Source: Octopus vulgaris
Lineage: Eukaryota
Reading direction: 5' to 3'
DNA: 6,765 nt
Assembly (NCBI GenBank): GCA_951406725.2
Contig: CATOCA020000086.1
Span: 1-6,765 of the forward strand
Positions 1 to 6,765 of this stretch are shown one piece after another. Every line of letters starts with the position of its first letter. Position 1 is the stretch's first letter. The translations under genes were made by a program, and so were the position numbers. The notes below the pieces were generated by a model, which saw only the letters and a program-made list of their open reading frames with translations, ran no database searches and was not told the origin of the DNA.

Positions 1-301
1 ACGCAGATATACATCAAAAACGAAAATATCCTGTGTCTTGTTGATTCACAGACGAAGAATAAAATTCACTTCGATTTCGGGAAAGTAACACACGTGCGTT
101 TTAACACGTGTATTCGCGACTATGTTCTAGTTGCAAAATACTATATCAAAAGCGAAAATATTCTTCTCAAATACAGTGACTTGTACTTTCACTTATATTC
201 GCTTTGCAGACAATTTCGGTTCTGATAACATCGATCTCTGGAAGGACTTCCTTAATATTTAGGAGAGACACGTTAACACACTTGTTGTTAGTTCAGCGCC
301 A

Positions 302-324
302 ATATATATATATATATATATATA
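302..324. repeat. Short (TA)n, mirrored at 1572-1596
   Basis: About 11-12 TA units at the A/B boundary of both inverted arms. Confidence 0.95.
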
Positions 325-564
325 AATTCGACCAAGCAGTATTCGGTATGTAAAGACCATTTACGGTGTATTTGAAGTATTAATTTATAAAAATATGGTA
401 AAGTAAAAGAATTCACTTTACCACACACGAACTTTTCGAAATAGCAGCCAAAAACTTGGCTATTTCTTCAACTGCAAATAAAAGTCTCCAGACAATGTAT
501 ACTCAGAAAATAACTCACATAGGAATAAGGGAAAAACAATGAAAGATCACATCCATATACGATA

Positions 565-625
565 CCCGAGGACAGTCTGTTTCTGGATTTGTGGGTAAAC
601 GCCACTTTTCCTTCATCAGCTCAGA
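565..625 (-). ncRNA. Type I hammerhead ribozyme motif, inverted copy; predicted cleavage at 571/570
   Basis: Reverse complement of 1267-1328, with one fewer U in the stem II loop. Confidence 0.78.
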
Positions 626-728
626 GATTTCTTTTGATTTAGACTTGAAAATACTAAGAATCAAACATACCCGTCCGATATCTGTAACATCGGACAAACT
701 ATGCCAGACATCCAGTACTAGCGAATCC

Positions 729-1012
729 TGGCGTTTTACCCACAAATCCAGAAACAGACTGTCCTCGGGTATTGTATATGGATGTGATCTTTCATTGTTT
801 TCCCTTATTCCTATGTGAGTTATTTTCTGAGTATACATTGTCTGGAGACTTTTATTTGCAGTTGAAGAAATAGCCAAGTTTTTGGCTGCTATTTCGGAAA
901 AGTTCGGTGGTGTGGTAAGTGAATTCTTTACTTTACCATATTTTTATAAATTAATACTTCAAATACACCGTAAATGGTCTTTACATACCGAATACTGCTT
1001 GGCCGAATTTAT
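729..1012 (+). repeat. Third, 5'-truncated copy of the repeat: direct repeat of 1288-1574 and inverted repeat of 322-604
   Basis: tggcgttttacccacaaatcc...gaatttat occurs at both 729 and 1288 (offset 559). Confidence 0.96.
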
Positions 1013-1163
1013 TAATAATTAATTGATTCGACCCCCATTTTCTCATAACAATATAATGCTTTCTCTCCAAGAATTTAAACTGCAGTTTTACCTCTGTAGA
1101 AATGGAATGCTCTATGACTCACGTGGGCGGACAGGGAGAATAATAGATCTCATTCGTATTTTT

Positions 1164-1892
1164 GGATTCGCTAGTACTGGATGTCTGGCATAGTTTGTCC
1201 GATGTTACAGATATCGGACGGGTATGTTTGATTCTTAGTATTTTCAAGTCTAAATCAAAAGAAATCTCTGAGCTGATGAAGGAAAAGTGGCGTTTTACCC
1301 ACAAATCCAGAAACAGACTGTCCTCGGGTATCGTATATGGATGTGATCTTTCATTGTTTTTCCCTTATTCCTATGTGAGTTATTTTTCTGAGTATACATT
1401 GTCTGGAGACTTTTATTTGCAGTTGAAGAAATAGCCAAGTTTTTGGCTGCTATTTCGGAAAAGTTCGGTGTGTGGTAAAGTGAATTCTTTTACTTTACCA
1501 TATTTTTATAAACTAATACTTCAAATACACCGTAAATGGTCTATACATACCGAATACTGCTTGGTCGAATTTATATATATATATATATATATATATTGGC
1601 GCTGAACTAACAACAAGTGTGTTAACGTGTCTCTCCTAAATATTAAGGAAGTCCTTCCAGAGATCGATGTTATCAGAACCGAAATTGTCTGCAAAGCGAA
1701 TATAAGTGAAAGTACAAGTCACTGTATTTGAGAAGAATATTTTCGCTTTTGATATAGTATTTTGCAACTAGAACATAGTCGCGAATACACGTGTTAAAAC
1801 GCACGTGTGTTACCGAAATCGAAGTCAATTTTATTCTTCGTCTGTGAATCAACAAGACACAGGATATTTTCGTTTTTGATGTATATCTGCGT
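1164..1892 (+). repeat. Right arm of long inverted repeat (pairs with 1-728)
   Basis: Reverse-complement identity with 1-728 along its whole length. Confidence 0.97.
1267..1328 (+). ncRNA. Type I hammerhead ribozyme motif (minimal stem III); predicted cleavage after GUC at 1322
   Basis: Stem I UCUGAG(1267-72)/CUCGGG(1323-28), with 2 G-U pairs. Core CUGAUGA(1273-79). Stem II GGA/UCC plus GUGG/CCAC. Core GAAA(1310-13). Stem III ACA-GAC-UGU. Cleavage triplet GUC. Non-canonical feature: A.A (1280/1309) where the first stem II pair is normally R-Y. Confidence 0.8.
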
Positions 1893-1913
1893 GTTCTGAA
1901 AAAAGCCTCTGAA

Positions 1914-2447
<534 letters not shown>

Positions 2448-2455
2448 AGGTTTTT

Positions 2456-2469
2456 GGCCAGTATTGGCC
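2456..2469 (-). other. LINE 3' UTR stem-loop (GGCCA-ATAC-TGGCC)
   Basis: 5-bp GC-rich stem with 4-nt loop, 8 nt upstream of the terminal repeats. A further TGGCC just upstream (2472-2476) allows an alternative pairing. Confidence 0.55.
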
Positions 2470-2515
2470 CAGGCCATGTCTAACTTAATAGCACCACCTG
2501 GTGAAGTCTTTCAGT

Positions 2516-5500
2516 TCAGGATTTGGGCACCAAGGCCCATTCGAGCAGAGAGTTATTGTTTGCGGAGACATATCCGGGTGTGGATGGTTTGTCCGGTACT
2601 GTTTGAAGGAATTTGTCCAAAGACTTCTTGAATTTTGTGTGGTCAGTTTCTTTTTTGACGTGTCCTGGTGTAATGTTGAAGAGAGCGGGTCCAATTGAGG
2701 TGAAATAGTTGTGCCGTATTGTCGTTATGTGATGCGATTTAGATTTTTGTTGTGGACGGATGGCACGTGGTCCAAGCCTTGGATGCATTTTGAAGGTGAT
2801 GCCAACATCATTCGGACAGTGCTGATGGAATATTTTCCACATCATACAGATAATGTAGCGTTCACGGCGTCGTTGGAGTGAATACAATTTCAGCTTCTCT
2901 AGTCTACCCCAGTAGTCAAGGTCTGACATGCCATCTATCTTTTTTGTGATTGACCTTTGGGGAGCTTCAATTCTCATAATATTTTGTTTTGTGTAGGGAG
3001 ACCACAGTGGACAGCAGTATTCAAGGTGGGGTCGGGCAAAAGTGGAGAAGAGAAGGATAATAGCGTGGGAATCTCTCGACTGGAAGGTTCTGAGAATCCA
3101 GGAACACATTCTGCGGGCCATGTCAACTTTGCTGCTTATATGTGTAGCCCAGCTTATGTTGTTGTCCACTGTTACTCCCAGGTCTCTGATGTTGTTGGAT
3201 GCCATGAGAATTTCTCCAGAAGGAAGAGAGTATGGGAGTTTCAGAGCGTCCTCCCTTCCAAAGTGGATCAGTTCGAATTTGTCTTCATTTAGCAACATGT
3301 TATTCTTTTCCGCCCATTGGACAACAGCTAGTAGGTCTGACTGAAGGTTTATTCGGTCATCCACGCCATTGATGACCTTCTGGAGCTTGGAATCATCAGC
3401 GAAGGTTCTGATGTTGCTGTGTTTGATGGTGTCAGTAATATCATTTATGTAGATGATGAAGAGAAGTGGGCCCAACACAGTGCCTTGTGGGACACCACTG
3501 CTGACTTTGGCTGGGCTGGATTTGACTCCTTCGACTACAACAATGTTGGGTTCTGTTAGAGAGGAAGCACTTGATCCATTGCAGCAGCTTTCCAGTGACA
3601 CCAATATTGGACAGCTTTCTCAGAAGGATCTTATGATCAACCCTGTCAAAGGCCTTGCTGAAATCAAGGTAGATGACATCAGTGTTGGAACCCTCTCCCA
3701 AGGCTCTCAAAATGTCATCAAAATGATGCAGTAGCTGCGTCAGGCAATCTCTCCCATTACGGAATCCATGCTGGTTGGGGTTCAGCATATTATGACTCTC
3801 AAGGAAGTGAGTCATACGCGATCTCAGCACCCTCTCAAATACCTTGATGATATGAGAGGTGAGTGAGATTGGACGGTAATTCACGGCAAGCGATTTGTTT
3901 CCTTTTTTGAAAACTGGGACAACAGACTGGGATAGAAGGTCTTCTGGTATATATCCAGCATCCAATGAGTTCCGCCACAGATTGGCTAGAGGGGGTGCAA
4001 GTTGGTTTTGACACATCTTCAAGACACAAGCAGGGAACCTATCGGGACCTACTGCTGAATTATGCTTCATTTCCTTTATTGCTGCTAAGACATCAGGAGC
4101 GCCAAATGTTATGTCCGATAAAGTGTATTGGGGAGTAACATCACTGATACAGCCCAGATCAGTCATATCAGGATTGCTGAAAACAGAGCAATATTGTTTC
4201 TGCAATATTTCTCCCATGGTTTTGGCATTGTCTTGAAGAATACCATTTTCATCAATCAGAGGGCCAACAGTAGAACCAGTGACTCTGTGTTTTTTTGCAA
4301 ATGAAAAGAACACTTTGGGATTGAGTTTGATCTTCTCAATGGCCCAGGCCTCTTCAGCTCTTCGCTGACTATTGATGATAGACATCATGTTGTTTTGGAG
4401 TTTATGTTTTTTAATCTCTAGCGATGAGATGGCAGTCAGGTTGGTGTGTTGCTGTTGACAGTATTTCAGCATGTTGATCTTTTTGTTGATTCTTTTAATT
4501 TTCCTTATGAGTTTTTCTATTTCTAGGGATTCTGACACTTAGATTTGTTTGCAGATCTTAATGGGGTGTGTCTTGCACATATGTTCGTAATGGTGTCTAC
4601 AAGTGACTGCCAGGACTTTTTGATGTTAGTGGGTGTGTATGTGTGCGTGAAGGACCAATCGACTTGTGCAAGATCATTATTGATCGCTTCCCAGTTTGCA
4701 TTGTGGAAATCCATAGTGTCAAATGGATGAACAGGAGGGATGACATTTGTTTTGCATTTTGGCCAGTAAAATCTCAGATCACAGAGAACCATGTCATGGT
4801 CGGAGAGTAGGGTTTTCTCCACTGCAATATTGTGGATAGTATCAGTGTGATTGCTGAGTCTAAGACGTTTTTGTGACATCTCGTTGGTTCGAGTACCAGT
4901 TGGGACAAAGAAGAAGTCATCCATGAAGTCAAGAAGCGATTCCACTGCCTCCCTGTCAGGGGTTGAGAGAGAAGAACCTGGCGGCAGACTGTTTGTAGAC
5001 CAGTCAACCCCGGGAAGGTTGAAATCTCCCATCATTAAAATGTTGTCAGGTTGACACTGCTGAATGAAACACTTTATGCTGTTGAGGCATTCCTTGAAGC
5101 ATGGTAGGGGCGTTTGGGGTGGTCTGTAGAGCCCAACTACTGTTAAGTTGTTGGTTTGACTGAATACAGCGACTGCTTCGCAGTATCCATTCGAAAATAT
5201 GTTCATGGCTTCTGTTGAGAATGAATCATGGACATAAATGGCAGTCCCACCCTTTCTTCTGTAACACGATCAGCACGAATGGTTTTGAAATTTTTAACTT
5301 TCACCTCGGCTTCCAAGTGGAGGTCACTAAGATGGGTTTCAGTGAGGACGAAGAAAGGGATGTGGTTTGGATGGGCCTCGACCCAGTCCTCCAGGAATCT
5401 TATCTTCCATTTTTGTGTATTGGTGGAAGGGCTGATGCCTTGGGCATTAAGCAGAAATGTTGAGGCGAGAGTGGATGGTTTTAATTGTTTTGGTGATTTG

Positions 5501-5526
5501 TTTATTTGATTGCTTTTTAATGGCAT
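2516..5526 (-). pseudogene. LINE ORF2: APE-type endonuclease + reverse transcriptase, frameshifted (pieces 5526-5203, 5206-4523, 4538-3441, 3604-2516)
   Basis: APE motifs LLNAQG, LTETHL, (frame-corrected) RKGGTAIYV, GLYRPP, MGDFN, LSDHD. RT motifs YRPISLTS, QHGFR, YLDFSKAFDRV, GVPQGTVLGPLLF, FADD, DLGV. Frame changes inferred near 5260, 4907, 4860, 4535, 4513 and 3543; these may be decay or sequencing/consensus errors. Confidence 0.95.
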
Positions 5527-6000
5527 GTGTAGTGGGGTAATAGTGGTGGATGGCGGTGGGTGATAGCTCGGATGTTTTTTTCCAGTTCTTTTGCTAGATT
5601 CATTATAGCTAAAAAGAGGAAGAAGAGGTGGTTTCCTGTCTAGGGAACCGCAGGTGACTGTGGCCGCGGCTATTTTTATGTGAGTGGTTATCTTTAAATG
5701 TCCGACGAGTCCCCGGGAGATGGGTAAAGGGGCAATCCCTGTGCAAACACAATCTGTCTCGCTGGGAATAGCGGCAGATTTGGGGATTCCTTGTTTGAGA
5801 TATTGGTGGTTGTGGTGATGTTGTATTATGGTGGTTGCTGTTGTAGTTTGTGGGGATAGAGCGTTTTGTTCCAGGTAAATGGGTGAATTTGCAGTCTCTA
5901 TCAGTGCACAGTCTATGGCGAAGAGAATATCGGCAAATGATGGGGTTTCGAGTGGGTGTGTAGGTGCGTGTATGTGTGTGAGCTGTGAAAGGTGTAGATG
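5517..6000 (-). CDS. LINE ORF1, C-terminal part: two tandem CCCH zinc fingers plus probable helical tail (frameshifted; boundaries approximate)
   Basis: CRYSLRHRLCTDRDCKFTH and CRYSQRDRLCLHRDCPFTH (C-x8-C-x4-C-x3-H) occur in the 6304-5609 frame. A -1 shift at the T5 run (5611-5615) continues as FLAIMNLAKELEKNIRAITHRHPPLLPHYTCH to a stop at 5519-5517. Confidence 0.7.
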
Positions 6001-6746
6001 ATAGGTTTGAAGTTTTGGCGACCTTTGTGACCTGTAGGAGGTAAATTCCTTGAGATAGCATTAGTAGTAGTAGCTGTAGTAGTAGTAGTAGTAGTAGGTA
6101 GAAGAGATGTTGACGGTGGTAATGATTGAGGAGGTCGATTCCAAGACAAAGATGTTTGTCGATATATAGTGGGAGTAGTACTAGTAGTAGTAAGCAGAGG
6201 AGATGGTGTTGACAATGATGATGATTGAGCTGCTGGGGCAGTGAAAGGAAGGAGTGGTGCTTCCTGCTGTGTGACCCTGATGACTGGGGGGTCAATCGTT
6301 TCATTTAGCAAATCGGCCATTGTAGATGAATCAAGGAGTGGTTCATCCTGTTGTTGTTGTTGAGGTTGTTGTTGTTGCCTCTGAGGTTGTTGCTGCTGAA
6401 GTTGTTGTTGTTGCTGTACCTGTTGTTGTTGTTGTTGTTGCCGCTGAGTTTGTTGTTGTTGAGGTTGTTGTTGTTGTTGTTGCGCCGGTGATGCGTTCGA
6501 AGAGAAAACACATCTCAGTTTATCGAAGTGTTTATTTATTAATTTAAAAGCAACTTCGATTTGTTTTAATTTATTTTGGATCTGCTGTTCAGATCGAGTT
6601 TGCAAATGGTGAACTGTTCGTTTAGCAATTTCGTTCAGACGCGAAGCACCTATGCTCTCTGTTTCGGTAAGGCCATGCCATGTGTTGATAAGAACGTCGA
6701 CTTCATTATCAGACCAGTTTTTGTTGGATTTTTGGTGGCTAGCCAT
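5913..6746 (-). CDS. LINE ORF1, N-terminal part: Myb/SANT-like (trihelix/MADF-type) domain, poly-Gln, Pro/Ser/Thr-rich linker
   Basis: NWSDNEVDVLINTW...NEIAK...RSEQQIQNKLKQIEVAFK (6719-6543) fits the W[ST]xxE-x3-LIxxW...R[ST]xxQxxxK pattern of Myb/SANT-like domains. It lies upstream of and co-oriented with ORF2, and probably joins the zinc-finger frame through an indel around 6040-5960. Confidence 0.75.
   Translation of the reverse strand: MASHQKSNKNWSDNEVDVLINTWHGLTETESIGASRLNEIAKRTVHHLQTRSEQQIQNKLKQIEVAFKLINKHFDKLRCVFSSNASPAQQQQQQPQQQQTQRQQQQQQQVQQQQQLQQQQPQRQQQQPQQQQQDEPLLDSSTMADLLNETIDPPVIRVTQQEAPLLPFTAPAAQSSSLSTPSPLLTTTSTTPTIYRQTSLSWNRPPQSLPPSTSLLPTTTTTTTATTTNAISRNLPPTGHKGRQNFKPIIYTFHSSHTYTHLHTHSKPHHLPIFSSP
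6062..6096 (-). repeat. (ACT)n coding microsatellite, poly-Thr
   Basis: tagtagtagctgtagtagtagtagtagtag on +; TTTTTTTATTT in ORF1. Confidence 0.85.
6348..6482 (-). repeat. Imperfect (CAA/CAG)n coding microsatellite, 45-codon Gln-rich tract
   Basis: (TTG)n on the + strand; QQQQQQPQQQQTQRQQQQQQQVQQQQQLQQQQPQRQQQQPQQQQQ in ORF1. Confidence 0.95.
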
Positions 6747-6765
6747 TCTGGTTGATATGTTTTAT

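Larger units (their letters stand above)
1..728 (-). repeat. Left arm of long inverted repeat (pairs with 1164-1892); probably continues left of the window
   Basis: acgcagatatacatcaaaaacg... is the reverse complement of ...cgtttttgatgtatatctgcgt (ends 1892); the match runs to gcgaatcc(728)/ggattcgc(1164). Differences are a few substitutions, homopolymer indels and a 5-nt insertion near 81-85. Confidence 0.97.

Noticed and set aside
1013-1192. Possible remnant of a Penelope RT/GIY-YIG gene in segment D (short ORF MLSLQEFKLQFY...CLA)
   Set aside because: No GIY-YIG, CCHH or RT motif recognisable by eye; too short to support a call.
515-1855. Short ORFs 515-877, 591-818, 1119-1304, 1162-1434 and 1673-1855
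   Set aside because: They are translations of the same repeat in different orientations, their frames are not preserved between copies, and they show no recognisable domain.
1-1892. Cut-and-paste DNA transposon (foldback/MITE) with 728-bp TIRs
   Set aside because: Not excluded, but termini and TSD are not visible, there is no transposase, and it does not explain the internal third copy or the hammerhead motif.
2516-4538. Prokaryotic RT system (retron, group II intron, DGR) or CRISPR-linked RT
   Set aside because: APE-RT fusion, CR1-type motifs, microsatellites and poly-Q indicate a eukaryotic LINE; no repeat-spacer array is present.
2485-5509. Plus-strand and alternate-frame ORFs overlapping ORF2
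   Set aside because: Shadow ORFs of the RT/APE gene. Only part of 4774-5007 (LSQLVLEPTR...VLD) is meaningful, as the true ORF2 frame between two compensating indels.
6000-6304. Leu/His-rich, signal- or membrane-like N-terminus of the 231-aa ORF
   Set aside because: Out-of-frame reading of (ACT)n poly-Thr repeats; probably only the zinc-finger part of this frame is real.
6305-6547. Poly-Asn (6305-6511, -) and poly-Val (6326-6547, +) ORFs
   Set aside because: Alternative readings of the (CAA)n tract; the Gln frame is continuous with the Myb-like domain.

Overview
Eukaryotic, probably invertebrate-animal, repetitive DNA with three parts. (1) 1-1916 is a non-coding, highly structured repeat with layout A-B-C-B'-D-C'-B'-A'. 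Positions 1-728 are a near-perfect inverted copy of 1164-1892, and 729-1012 is a direct copy of 1288-1574. The repeat unit carries a type I hammerhead-ribozyme motif (complete at 1267-1328 on + and 565-625 on -; 3' half only at 729-769). This resembles a non-autonomous Penelope-like element or retrozyme with a 559-nt period. (2) 1917-2429 is a perfect (TA)n tract of about 256 units. (3) 2428-6765 is a near full-length CR1-group LINE on the minus strand whose 3' tail abuts the (TA)n. Its ORF2 (APE endonuclease + RT) keeps all visible catalytic motifs but is split by small indels. Its ORF1 is unusual: Myb/SANT-like domain, poly-Gln, a Thr/Pro/Ser linker and two tandem CCCH zinc fingers. All calls are by-eye pattern recognition; no searches or folding programs were run.
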